Below, one piece after another: positions 31,567-40,212 of a stretch of DNA of 64,000 nucleotides. Position 1 is the stretch's first letter; each line of letters starts with the position of its first letter. The notes under the pieces are model-generated. The model did no database searches. It saw nothing but the letters and a program-made list of their open reading frames with translations, and was not told the DNA's origin. A program made the translations under genes and the position numbers. The stretch is from Alphaproteobacteria bacterium (lineage in GTDB: Bacteria; Pseudomonadota; Alphaproteobacteria; GCA-2731375): the NCBI GenBank assembly GCA_965232515.1, contig CBDDPY010000002.1, forward strand, positions 2,400,001 through 2,464,000, given 5' to 3'.

Positions 31567-32346
31567 TCAGAAGGCGCTGTTGTACTTGCCGCCGTCGATC
31601 AGCAGGCTCTGGCCGGTGATGTAGCCGCTGCCGGCCGCGCACAGGAAGGCGCAGGCCTCGCCGAACTCGGCCGGATCGCCGAAGCGCTTGGCCGGAATGC
31701 CCGCTGCGGTGTCTTCCGCGACCTCGTTCTCCGAACGGCTCTGCAGCTTCGCCGTGCCGGCGAAGCCCGCCCGCAAACGGTCGGTGTCGAAATAACCCGG
31801 CAGCAGGTTGTTGATCGTCACGTTACGGTCGGCGACGGAGCGCGCGACGCCGGCCAGGAACGCCGTCAGGCCGGCGCGGCCGCCGCTCGACAGATCCAGC
31901 CCAACCACCGGCATCTTCACCGAGATCGAGGTGATGTTGACGATGCGCCCGAAGCGGCGCGCGATCATGCCGTCGATCACCGATTGGATCAGTTCGATCG
32001 GCGTCACCATGTTCATGGTCACGCCGTCCAGCATGGCCTTGCGGTCGATCTCGCGGAAGTCGCGGAACGGCGGGCCGCCGTTGTTATTGACCAAAATATC
32101 CGGCGCCGGACAGGCCTCGAGCAGCCGCGCCTGGCCCTCCGGCGTGCCGACGTCGGCGGCGACCGCCGTCACCTCGGCGCCGGTGGCGCGCACGATCTCG
32201 TCGGCCGTGGCCGCCAGCACGGTCTCGTCTCGGCCGTTGATGGTGACGGCCGCCCCGGCCCGGCCGAGCGACATGGCGCAGGCCTTGCCCAGTCCCCGGC
32301 TCGAGGCGCAGACGATCGCCTTCTTTCCGCTGATCCCCAGATCCAT
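31567..32346 (-). CDS. SDR oxidoreductase, atypical
   Basis: CASSRGLG, NNNGGPP; LSSGGR in place of YxxxK; ITGQSLLIDGG. Confidence 0.88.
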   Translation of the reverse strand: MDLGISGKKAIVCASSRGLGKACAMSLGRAGAAVTINGRDETVLAATADEIVRATGAEVTAVAADVGTPEGQARLLEACPAPDILVNNNGGPPFRDFREIDRKAMLDGVTMNMVTPIELIQSVIDGMIARRFGRIVNITSISVKMPVVGLDLSSGGRAGLTAFLAGVARSVADRNVTINNLLPGYFDTDRLRAGFAGTAKLQSRSENEVAEDTAAGIPAKRFGDPAEFGEACAFLCAAGSGYITGQSLLIDGGKYNSAF

Positions 32347-32403
32347 CGGTGTTCTCCCAAAGTGCCGCCCCCGGGCTAGCCTACCGTAAATCGGTGATTG
32401 CGT

Positions 32404-32841
32404 TTAGCTCTCGTCTGTGCGCGCGATCAGCGTGCGCAGGATACGCTTCAACGTCGCCGCCTCATCCCCGTCATAGCCGGCCAGCACACCCGTCTCATGC
32501 CGCTTGGCCTGCGGCAACAGCTTGCGCACCAGCGCCTCGCCGCGACCGGCGATGGCGACGACGACCTTGCGGCCATCCTGTCCGTGCGGTTGGCGCCGGA
32601 CCAGGTCCTCGCGCGCCATGCGATCAATCAGCTTGGTCAGCGTCGGCTGCTGGATCAGGGTGATCTCGGCCAGGTCGCCGATCGTGCGCGGGCCGTCGTT
32701 CAGTGTCGCCAGCACCCGCCATTGCGGCACCGGCACGCCCTGCGCCTTGATCACCTGGTGGAACTGCCGGCTGGCCTGATGGCTGGCGCGCGCCAACAGA
32801 TAGAGCAGATAGTCGTCGATGAAGGCCTTGCCGGCTGCCAT
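32404..32841 (-). CDS. MarR family transcriptional regulator
   Basis: YLLYLLARAS, QWRVLATL, QPTLTKLIDRM, DGRKV; divergent from the dioxygenase operon. Confidence 0.92.
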   Translation of the reverse strand: MAAGKAFIDDYLLYLLARASHQASRQFHQVIKAQGVPVPQWRVLATLNDGPRTIGDLAEITLIQQPTLTKLIDRMAREDLVRRQPHGQDGRKVVVAIAGRGEALVRKLLPQAKRHETGVLAGYDGDEAATLKRILRTLIARTDES

Positions 32842-32860
32842 GCTGAATCATAGCGGAAAT

Positions 32861-32880
32861 TTATATGACTTTTCATATAA
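32861..32880. promoter_or_regulatory. Putative MarR operator
   Basis: Perfect AT-rich palindrome TTATATGA-cttt-TCATATAA in the 89-bp divergent intergenic region. Confidence 0.75.
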
Positions 32881-32930
32881 TTTTTTGAATGCTAGGCTCT
32901 TCCATCGACCGGTAATGGGGACCGACGACC

Positions 32931-33977
32931 ATGCTGCAGGAACGCATCGAGGCGAAGTGGATCGACTGCTTCGCGGCCGTGTTCGAGAAGTGCGCGGTGC
33001 AGGAGGGCGAGATCGTCGCCATCCTCTCCGAAACCCAGTCCCGGCCGGTGAACGTCAATCTGGCCGAGCTCGCCCTGCAGCGTCTCGGCGCCAAGCCGTT
33101 CCACGTCGTGCTGCCGACGCCGCCGCAATCTGTGCCGGTGCCGATCCGCTCGACCGGGGCCAGCGATGTGATCCAGGGAGTCGCGCCCGTGATCTCGGCG
33201 CTGGGCGGCGCCGGCTTCGTCGTCGACTGCACGGTCGAGGGCCTGCTACACGCGCCCGAGCTGCCGGCGATCCTGAAGGCCGGCGCCCGGGTGCTGATGA
33301 TCTCGAACGAGCACCCCGAAGCGCTCGAACGCCTGGCCCCGACGGAAGACCTGGAGGCCAAGACCAAAACCGGCATTAAGATGCTGCGCGACGCCGGCGC
33401 GATGACCGTCAGCTCGCCCGGCGGCACCGAATTGCGGATCGATCTCGACGGCGCTGTCGCCGGTGGCGGCTGGGGCTATACCAAACGCGGCGGCACGATC
33501 ACCCACTGGCCGGGCGGTCTGTGCCTTTGCTTTCCAAAGGCCGGCTCGGTCAACGGCAAGCTGGTGCTCGACCGCGGCGACGTGAACCTGACCTTCAAGC
33601 GCTATGTCGAGAGCCCGATCACGCTGTCGATCGAAAACGACTATGTCACCGACATCGCCGGCGACGGCGTCGACGCCGACCTCATGCGCAGCTATTTCGC
33701 CGCCTGGGGCGACGACGAAGCCTATGCCGTCAGCCATGTCGGCTGGGGCATGAATCCGGGCGCGCGCTGGGACGCCATGACCATGTACGACCGCAACGAC
33801 TTCAACGGCACGGAGCTGCGCGCGTTCGCCGGCAATTTCCTCTATTCGACCGGCGCCAACGAGGTCGCCGGCCGCCACACGTTGGGCCACTTCGACCTGC
33901 CGCTCAGGCGCTGCACGGTGACGCTCGACAACACCGTCGTGGTCGACAACGGCGTGCTGCAGGGAGAACTGGCGTGA
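32931..33977 (+). CDS. 2,5-dihydroxypyridine 5,6-dioxygenase (NicX)-like / peptidase M29 family protein
   Basis: THWPGG, SHVGWGMNPGARWD, RAFAGNFLYSTGAN, HFDLP (His/His/Asp metal ligands as in NicX). Confidence 0.75.
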   Translation: MLQERIEAKWIDCFAAVFEKCAVQEGEIVAILSETQSRPVNVNLAELALQRLGAKPFHVVLPTPPQSVPVPIRSTGASDVIQGVAPVISALGGAGFVVDCTVEGLLHAPELPAILKAGARVLMISNEHPEALERLAPTEDLEAKTKTGIKMLRDAGAMTVSSPGGTELRIDLDGAVAGGGWGYTKRGGTITHWPGGLCLCFPKAGSVNGKLVLDRGDVNLTFKRYVESPITLSIENDYVTDIAGDGVDADLMRSYFAAWGDDEAYAVSHVGWGMNPGARWDAMTMYDRNDFNGTELRAFAGNFLYSTGANEVAGRHTLGHFDLPLRRCTVTLDNTVVVDNGVLQGELA

Positions 33978-34744
33978 TCCCCGCCTATAAGGACGCCGGC
34001 AACGGACAAGCGCTCGTCTTCCTGCACGGCATCGGCGGTAACAAGGAGAGCTTCGACGACCAGCTCGACGCCTTCGCCGACCGCTGGCAGGCGATTTCCT
34101 GGGACATGCCGGGCTACGGCGGCTCGGCCCTACCGCCTGAGCTGACCTGGCCGGTGCTGGCCGACGCGCTCGCGGCCCTACTCGATCACTTGAATCACCA
34201 GAAAGCCGTCATTGTCGGTCATTCCATGGGCGGCATGGTGGCGCAGGAGTTCGTTACCAGGTATCCCGATCGGACCTCGGCCCTGGTGCTTTCCGGCACC
34301 AGCCCCGCGTTTGGCAAGCCCGGCGGTGACTGGCAGCAGAAGTTCCTCGATGCCCGCCTGGCGCCAGTCGAGCGCGGCCTCACGCCGGCCGACATCGCCG
34401 ATGAGCTGGTCGCCGGCATGTTCGGCGATGATCCCGATCCCGCCGCCATGCGCCGCGCCGCCGCCTGCATGGCCGAGGTAGGACCCGAGACCTACCGTGC
34501 CGCTCTGCAGTGCCTCGTCACCTTCGACCGCCGCGACGCGCTCGGTCAGATCAGCTGCCCGACCCTGGTGCTGGCCGGCGAGAAGGACGGCAACGCGCCG
34601 GCGGCGATGATGGAGAAGATGGCCGCGAAGATCCCGGGCGCCCGCTATCACTGCATGCCGGGACTGGGCCACTTGGCCAATTTCGAGCGCCCCGACGTGT
34701 TCAATGCGGCGATCGCCGACTTTCTTTCTGATCTGGAGGCCTGA
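33974..34744 (+). CDS. Alpha/beta hydrolase
   Basis: GTGA overlap; FLHGIGG, DMPGYG, GHSMGG, GEKD, GHLANFE. Confidence 0.9.
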   Translation: MIPAYKDAGNGQALVFLHGIGGNKESFDDQLDAFADRWQAISWDMPGYGGSALPPELTWPVLADALAALLDHLNHQKAVIVGHSMGGMVAQEFVTRYPDRTSALVLSGTSPAFGKPGGDWQQKFLDARLAPVERGLTPADIADELVAGMFGDDPDPAAMRRAAACMAEVGPETYRAALQCLVTFDRRDALGQISCPTLVLAGEKDGNAPAAMMEKMAAKIPGARYHCMPGLGHLANFERPDVFNAAIADFLSDLEA

Positions 34745-34745
34745 G

Positions 34746-35963
34746 ATGGACCTGCCGATGACCGACCGTCAGCGCGAGCTCGTGGGCATCGCCCGCGAGT
34801 TGGGCCGCGACAAGTTCGCAGCCCGGGCGGCGAGATACGACGACGAGGCGAGCTTCCCGTTCGAGAACTACGACGATTTGCGCGCGGCCGGCTTTCTCGG
34901 CCTGACCGTGCCCAGCCAGTATGGCGGGCTCGGCGCCGATTACACCGATTACATGCTGGTCGGGGCCGAGATCGGCCGCTGGTGCGGCGCCACCGCGCTG
35001 ACCTTCAACATGCATACCTGCACCATGCTCTGGTCCAGCCAGATGGCCGACGATCTGCAGATGACCGACGAGCAGCGCGAACGCCACGAAAGCCGTCGCG
35101 CCGGCATCTACCGCAAGGTCGTCGAGGACGGCGCGCTCTTCGCGCAGCCCTTCTCCGAGCCGAACAGCGCCGCGGCCGCCGGCAAGGCGCCCTTCGGCAC
35201 CACGGCGCGCAAGACCGACGGCGGCTGGCTGGTGAACGGCCGCAAGCACTTCGCCTCGCTCTCGGGCGCGGCCGACTACTACGGCGTGCTCTGCACCGAG
35301 GATCGCGAGGACGCGCCCGCCAACGTCAAGGACACGCTCTACCTCGCCGTGCCGGGAAACGCCGACGGCTTCCAGATCACCGGCACCTGGGACCCGGTCG
35401 GCATGCGCGGCACGGTTTCGCGCAACCTCGAGCTCGACGACGTCTTCGTGCCGGATGACCACCAGCTGATGCCGCGCGGCCTCTACTATCAGGCCGCGCT
35501 CTCCTGGCCACATATGTTCATGACCCTGTCGCCGACCTACATGGGCATCGCCCAGGCCGCCTTCGATTTCACCGTCGGCTATCTGCGCGGCGAGCTGCCG
35601 GGCGTGCCGAAGTCGAAGGCGCGCGCCGTGCCGACCAAGCAGTACGCCGTCGCCGAGATGCGCATCAAGCTGGAGCAGGCGAAAGCACTCTGGCACCGCG
35701 CGATCAGCGAGGCCGGCGTCAACCCGACCAAGGATTCGCGGCTGCGCGCCTATACGGCGCAATACACGGTGATGGAATACGCCAACGACATCTGTCGCCT
35801 GGCGATCCGCACCTGCGGCGGCCGCTCGATTATGAAGGCCCTGCCGTTGGAGCGGCTTTACCGCGACAGTCGCTGCGGCTCGCTGATGTTGCCCTGGACG
35901 GCCGAGATCTGCATGGAGCGCCTCGGCCGCGAGAGCCTCTACGAGCCGGGCGAGACCGACTAG
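34746..35963 (+). CDS. Acyl-CoA dehydrogenase-fold flavoprotein (possible monooxygenase)
   Basis: FSEP, NGRKHFAS, WDPVGMRGT, LERLYRD; IYEG motif replaced by SLMLPW. Confidence 0.85.
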   Translation: MDLPMTDRQRELVGIARELGRDKFAARAARYDDEASFPFENYDDLRAAGFLGLTVPSQYGGLGADYTDYMLVGAEIGRWCGATALTFNMHTCTMLWSSQMADDLQMTDEQRERHESRRAGIYRKVVEDGALFAQPFSEPNSAAAAGKAPFGTTARKTDGGWLVNGRKHFASLSGAADYYGVLCTEDREDAPANVKDTLYLAVPGNADGFQITGTWDPVGMRGTVSRNLELDDVFVPDDHQLMPRGLYYQAALSWPHMFMTLSPTYMGIAQAAFDFTVGYLRGELPGVPKSKARAVPTKQYAVAEMRIKLEQAKALWHRAISEAGVNPTKDSRLRAYTAQYTVMEYANDICRLAIRTCGGRSIMKALPLERLYRDSRCGSLMLPWTAEICMERLGRESLYEPGETD

Positions 35964-35967
35964 ACGG

Positions 35968-37479
35968 ATGGACATCTCCGGCTGGATTTCGCGGCGCGCC
36001 GACTGGAGCCCGGCCAAGGTCGCCGTCCGCTTCGAGGGCCGCGAGATCACCTATCCCGAGCTCGACGCCGAAATACGCCGCCTGGCGGCCATGCTCGACG
36101 GCGCGCTTGGCGTCAAGTCCGGCGACCGGGTGGCGCATCTCGGCCTCAATGGGCCGGATCTGCTGACCCTGCTGTTCGCCTGCGCCCGCCTTGGCGCCGT
36201 CCTGGTGCCGCTGAACTGGCGTCTGGCGCCGCCCGAGCATCTCTACATCCTGCAGAACTGCACGCCGAAGGCGCTGCTGGTGGAGCCCGAGTTCATCGCC
36301 GCGACGAACGGCATCCGCGACGGCCTCGGCGGCACGCGGCTCGTCGCCTACGGCCCGCCGCAGGACGACTGGGAGAGCTACGACGCGCTGCTGGCTGCCG
36401 CCGGCGACGACGCCAGCCATCCGCGCGCCGGGCTCGAGAGCGCCGTGATGCTGGTCTACACCTCCGGCACCACCGGCCGGCCGAAAGGCGCCGTCCTGAC
36501 GCAAAACGCCCTGTTCTACAACGCCGTCAACGCCATCTCGGCCCAGGACATCACCAGTTCAGACCACGTGCTGACCGTCCTGCCCATGTTCCATGTCGGC
36601 GGCATGAACATCCAGACCACGCCCGTGCTGCATGCCGGCGGGACGGTGACGATCCATCGCCGCTTTGATCCCGGCGCGACGCTGGCGGCCATCAACGACG
36701 ACCGCCCGACATTGTTCCTGAGCGTGCCCGCCCTGATCCAGGCACTGATCACCCACCCCGCCTGGGCAACGACGGATCTCACCAGCCTGCGCCTGGTCGG
36801 CACCGGCTCGTCGACGGTGCCCGAGGCGCTGATCCGCGCCTGGCTCGATCGCGACATTCCCGTAACCCAGGTCTATGGCCTGACCGAGAGCGGGCCCGTC
36901 GCGATCTGCCTGCCCGAGGCGGACTCCATCGCCAGGATCGGCTCCTGCGGCAAGCCCGCCATGCATTGCGACGCCCGCATCGCCGACGACGCGGGCAACG
37001 ACATGCCCGCGGGCGAAACCGGCGAGATCCTGCTGCGCGGCCCCAACCTGCTCAGCCACTACTGGAACGATCCCGCCGCCACTGAGGCCGCCTTCAGCGA
37101 CGGCTGGTTCCATACCGGCGACGTCGGCCACCGGGACGCCGACGGCTACTACTATGTCGACGACCGCAAGAAGGACGTGGTGATCTCGGGCGGCGAGAAC
37201 ATCTATCCGGCCGAGCTGGAGAACGTGCTCGCCGACTGCGCCGACATCGCCGAGTTCGCCGTGGTCGGCCGCGCGGACGAGAAATGGGGCGAGGTCGCCG
37301 TCGCCTGTATCGTGCCGCGCGACGGCAGCACGCTCACATCAGACGACGTGAAGGCGCTCTTCCACGACCGCCTCGCCCGCTACAAGCACCCCCGCGACGT
37401 CGTCTTCATGACCGAACTGCCCCGCAACGTCATGGGCAAGGTCCTCAAATACGAACTCCGCCGACAACTCGCCAAATAG
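35968..37479 (+). CDS. AMP-dependent acyl/aryl-CoA ligase
   Basis: YTSGTTGRPKG, YGLTE, TGD, ISGGENIYPAE, MGKV. Confidence 0.92.
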   Translation: MDISGWISRRADWSPAKVAVRFEGREITYPELDAEIRRLAAMLDGALGVKSGDRVAHLGLNGPDLLTLLFACARLGAVLVPLNWRLAPPEHLYILQNCTPKALLVEPEFIAATNGIRDGLGGTRLVAYGPPQDDWESYDALLAAAGDDASHPRAGLESAVMLVYTSGTTGRPKGAVLTQNALFYNAVNAISAQDITSSDHVLTVLPMFHVGGMNIQTTPVLHAGGTVTIHRRFDPGATLAAINDDRPTLFLSVPALIQALITHPAWATTDLTSLRLVGTGSSTVPEALIRAWLDRDIPVTQVYGLTESGPVAICLPEADSIARIGSCGKPAMHCDARIADDAGNDMPAGETGEILLRGPNLLSHYWNDPAATEAAFSDGWFHTGDVGHRDADGYYYVDDRKKDVVISGGENIYPAELENVLADCADIAEFAVVGRADEKWGEVAVACIVPRDGSTLTSDDVKALFHDRLARYKHPRDVVFMTELPRNVMGKVLKYELRRQLAK

Positions 37480-37552
37480 GATAGACGAGTTCTTTATCCG
37501 GGCTACAAGATGGCTCTTCTTTGAGTCTTTGCGTCGGTAAAAGATCGCACGG

Positions 37553-38128
37553 TCATGCACTTCCTTCTTGGACCTTGCGCACGATGTCATGAACGCGACG
37601 CACATCACCGATCCGCTCAAATATGAAGGGATGAGGAGGTCCGATCCAAAAGCCAAACCCCCACGCATAGTCGAAGAGATTGTATCCCCTTCCAAATCGA
37701 ATTGATCCAATCGTCCCGCCGGACAGCTCAGTTTGAAGACTTTCTGTAAGCGGCATCGACTTGACTGATCGTCGGAAGAGTCCTTTTGAAATCAGAGCAC
37801 GTTTGTTGGTAACTGCGTATTCGGTCCGTGATCTAATGGCGGCATCGAGCAATGGCCGACCAAATATTCCAATCACTCCGACTAATATGAAAAGCCCACC
37901 AATTCCCACAAACATTATTGCCGGCGGTCTAAACAACTCACCTATGTCGCCATCTGAACTGGCTAGAAAACTTGATACGACCGTCCATTCCCAAAATATT
38001 GCGACGCCTGTCCAAAAGATCAAAAACAGCGTCACCACGACGTCGAATGGCCGAACTATCAGGCCCTTTGGCGGAGACCCTTGCCACAGGATTTTTTCGT
38101 CCTTATCGGTGAAGCTGTTGACTGGCAC
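37553..38128 (-). CDS. Hypothetical membrane protein (two TM helices + bacterial PH-like domain), AT-rich
   Basis: EKILWQGSP, two hydrophobic helices, TEYAVTNKRALI, GSIRFG; codon usage differs visibly from neighbours. Confidence 0.7.
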   Translation of the reverse strand: MPVNSFTDKDEKILWQGSPPKGLIVRPFDVVVTLFLIFWTGVAIFWEWTVVSSFLASSDGDIGELFRPPAIMFVGIGGLFILVGVIGIFGRPLLDAAIRSRTEYAVTNKRALISKGLFRRSVKSMPLTESLQTELSGGTIGSIRFGRGYNLFDYAWGFGFWIGPPHPFIFERIGDVRRVHDIVRKVQEGSA

Positions 38129-38231
38129 GAATTCTGATCAAACCGAGAGCAATGCTAGGCCGAAACCGATTAAGCGAAAGAAGGCATCTCAATTCTATCA
38201 TTAGAGGATGGCGCAAGCTAGCAAATGACTA

Positions 38232-38311
38232 CGATTTAATTCCGGTGACAGTAACCATAATTCGCCCGCTCCTCTTTGATAATTATGGTTACTGTCACCG
38301 GAATTAAATCG
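38232..38311. repeat. Perfect palindrome (31-bp arms, 18-nt loop), REP/REPIN-like
   Basis: cgatttaattccggtgacagtaaccataatt - 18 nt - exact reverse complement. Confidence 0.92.
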
Positions 38312-38330
38312 GCGGCGGGCAAGTGCAGCT

Positions 38331-39248
38331 TCAGCTCGCCTGGGCCAGTTCGCGGGCGGCCTCGTCGCGGGCGGCTTCTTCCAGCAGGAAATCCCGGAAG
38401 GCCACGACCTTGGGCAGGTCGGCGTCGCGCGGCGAATAGACGATGTAATAGGCCGCGTCGAGCTGGACGTTGAGATCGAACGGCGCCGCCAAGCGGCCGG
38501 CGGCAATGTCGTCGGCCAGCAGCACGGTCGAGCCGAGCGCGACGCCATGGCCGGCGATTGCCGCCTCGAGCAGGACGTTGTGGGAATCGAAGGTTGGGCC
38601 GCGGTGGGCGTCCACCTCCGGCGCGCCGGCCGCCGCCAGCCAGCGCGGCCAGTCGTCATAGCCGACATCATGCAGCAGGGTATGGTGACGCAGGTCGGCA
38701 GGCGCGCGGATCGGCTTGTCACCCGACAGCAGCTTCGGGCTGAACAACGGCGTGACATCGGCGCTTTTCAGGAGATGAGAGGTAAGGCCGGGCCAGTCAC
38801 CGCAGCCCCAGCGGATCGCCATGTCGACGTCCTCGCGGTCGAAATCGACGAGATGCGGGGAATGGTGCAGGCGCAGCTCGATCTCGGGATAGCGCTGCCA
38901 GAACCGGCCGAGCCGGGCACCCAGCCACTTCACCCCGATCGACTGTGTCAGGCTGACCGTCAGCACCGCCTGCCGGCTGTCGCTGCGCAGGTATTGCGCC
39001 GTCTCGCCGATACGCGTGAAGGCGTCCGCCACCGCGGTCGCCAGCATCCGGCCCTCCTCGGTCAGCGCCAGCTTGCGGGTCAGGCGCCGGAACAACTGCA
39101 CCCCCAGGTCCTGCTCCAAGGCCTTCACCTGATGGCTGACGGCCGCCTGGGTCACGTTCAATTCGTTCGCCGCGTGGGTGAAGCTCAGGTGCCGGGCCGC
39201 GGCTTCAAAACCCCGCAATGCGTTCAGTGGTGGCAGGTGGGACGCCAT
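38331..39248 (-). CDS. gcvA: LysR family regulator, GcvA-like
   Basis: LPPLNALRGFEAAARHLSFTHAANELNVTQAAVSHQVKALE; VDMAIRWG; alternative start 39260. Confidence 0.8.
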   Translation of the reverse strand: MASHLPPLNALRGFEAAARHLSFTHAANELNVTQAAVSHQVKALEQDLGVQLFRRLTRKLALTEEGRMLATAVADAFTRIGETAQYLRSDSRQAVLTVSLTQSIGVKWLGARLGRFWQRYPEIELRLHHSPHLVDFDREDVDMAIRWGCGDWPGLTSHLLKSADVTPLFSPKLLSGDKPIRAPADLRHHTLLHDVGYDDWPRWLAAAGAPEVDAHRGPTFDSHNVLLEAAIAGHGVALGSTVLLADDIAAGRLAAPFDLNVQLDAAYYIVYSPRDADLPKVVAFRDFLLEEAARDEAARELAQAS

Positions 39249-39386
39249 CGTCTGCTCCATGCATAACTCTGGCTAATCCATAACATGAAAAACCATCGTT
39301 TGTCGCGCCGCCTCGAAACCCTTATCTCCCCTGCGCAAAGGGAACCATCCCAAACGAGCCACACCACCCCGGCACTGCCCGGCTGG

Positions 39387-39401
39387 TTAAAATGGAGTTA
39401 A
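39387..39401. promoter_or_regulatory. CtrA-like full site
   Basis: TTAA-AATGGAG-TTAA (minus strand TTAA-N7-TTAACC). Confidence 0.5.
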
Positions 39402-39403
39402 TG

Positions 39404-39607
39404 ATGCAACGGACCTTTCCGGGCCTCGACTACGCGACCGGGGCCGATCTTCAAGCCGGAGTCATGATCGTTGGCGCGCCCGCCGACGGTCCGGGCCTGC
39501 TGACCATTGCCGCGCGGCCCATCGTGGCGGCGCTGCGGTCGCTGCGACCGTTCGGACAGCAAGAAGGGCAGGTCCCTGTCCGGGAACCCGCCCTGCCGGC
39601 AGCCTGA
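39404..39607 (+). CDS. Small hypothetical protein divergent from gcvA
   Basis: RBS GGAG 6 nt before ATG 39404 (in-frame ATGs also at 39392 and 39401); fills the gap; no family recognised. Confidence 0.45.
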   Translation: MQRTFPGLDYATGADLQAGVMIVGAPADGPGLLTIAARPIVAALRSLRPFGQQEGQVPVREPALPAA

Positions 39608-39621
39608 AACGCTCGGCGCGG

Positions 39622-40095
39622 CTACTCGCCGACGATCCCGGGCCAGTTCTCGTCGGCGGCGACGATCAGGTTGGCCTGATCGCGTTCCCAGCGGCGCTGA
39701 ATGCCCTTGGAATAGTTCAGGTACAGCTTGCCGTCGACCACCTTCCAGGCCCGCGGATCGATGGTCGCGGTGTAGCCCTGGCTGACCGCCCAGGCGCAGT
39801 AGCCGCCGTATTGCGGCGCGTATTTCTCAGGCGCGGCCTGGAACGTGTCGCGGTTCTCGGCGCTGGCGAAGCGGAAGGTCGTGCCGTTCCAGGTCGCGGT
39901 AAACTCATCCGAGCCCTTGGTCGGCTTGCCGGCGGTGAAATAGGCCACCGGGTCGTAGCCGCTGATCGCGGCCTCGCCGCCGTTGGTGTTGACCGGCGAG
40001 ACGGCGAGCGCCGGGAACGCCGCGACGATGACGGCGACGACGATGGCGAAGGCGGCAAGAATCGAGCGATGCCGGCTGACGATAATCGGTGACAT
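39622..40095 (-). CDS. Secreted YHS domain-containing protein
   Basis: Signal peptide; AISGYDPVAYF, YAPQYGGYCAWAVS, GKLYLNY. Confidence 0.92.
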   Translation of the reverse strand: MSPIIVSRHRSILAAFAIVVAVIVAAFPALAVSPVNTNGGEAAISGYDPVAYFTAGKPTKGSDEFTATWNGTTFRFASAENRDTFQAAPEKYAPQYGGYCAWAVSQGYTATIDPRAWKVVDGKLYLNYSKGIQRRWERDQANLIVAADENWPGIVGE

Positions 40096-40212
40096 GGGCG
40101 GCCCCTTTCCGCTGGTTCCAAATCGATGACCGCTCCCCGCGGTCGCCCTTAGACGTAGGCGCGGCCGGCGCCGGGCAAAGACGCGATCAATCCCTTGTGA
40201 AACGGTGTGATC

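Noticed and set aside
38123-38138. TGGCAC-GAATT-CTGA as a sigma54 promoter
   Set aside because: It lacks the invariant -12 GC and has no + strand gene downstream
39622-40095. YHS protein as a selenoprotein
   Set aside because: The GGYCA residue is encoded by TGC (Cys); there is no in-frame TGA
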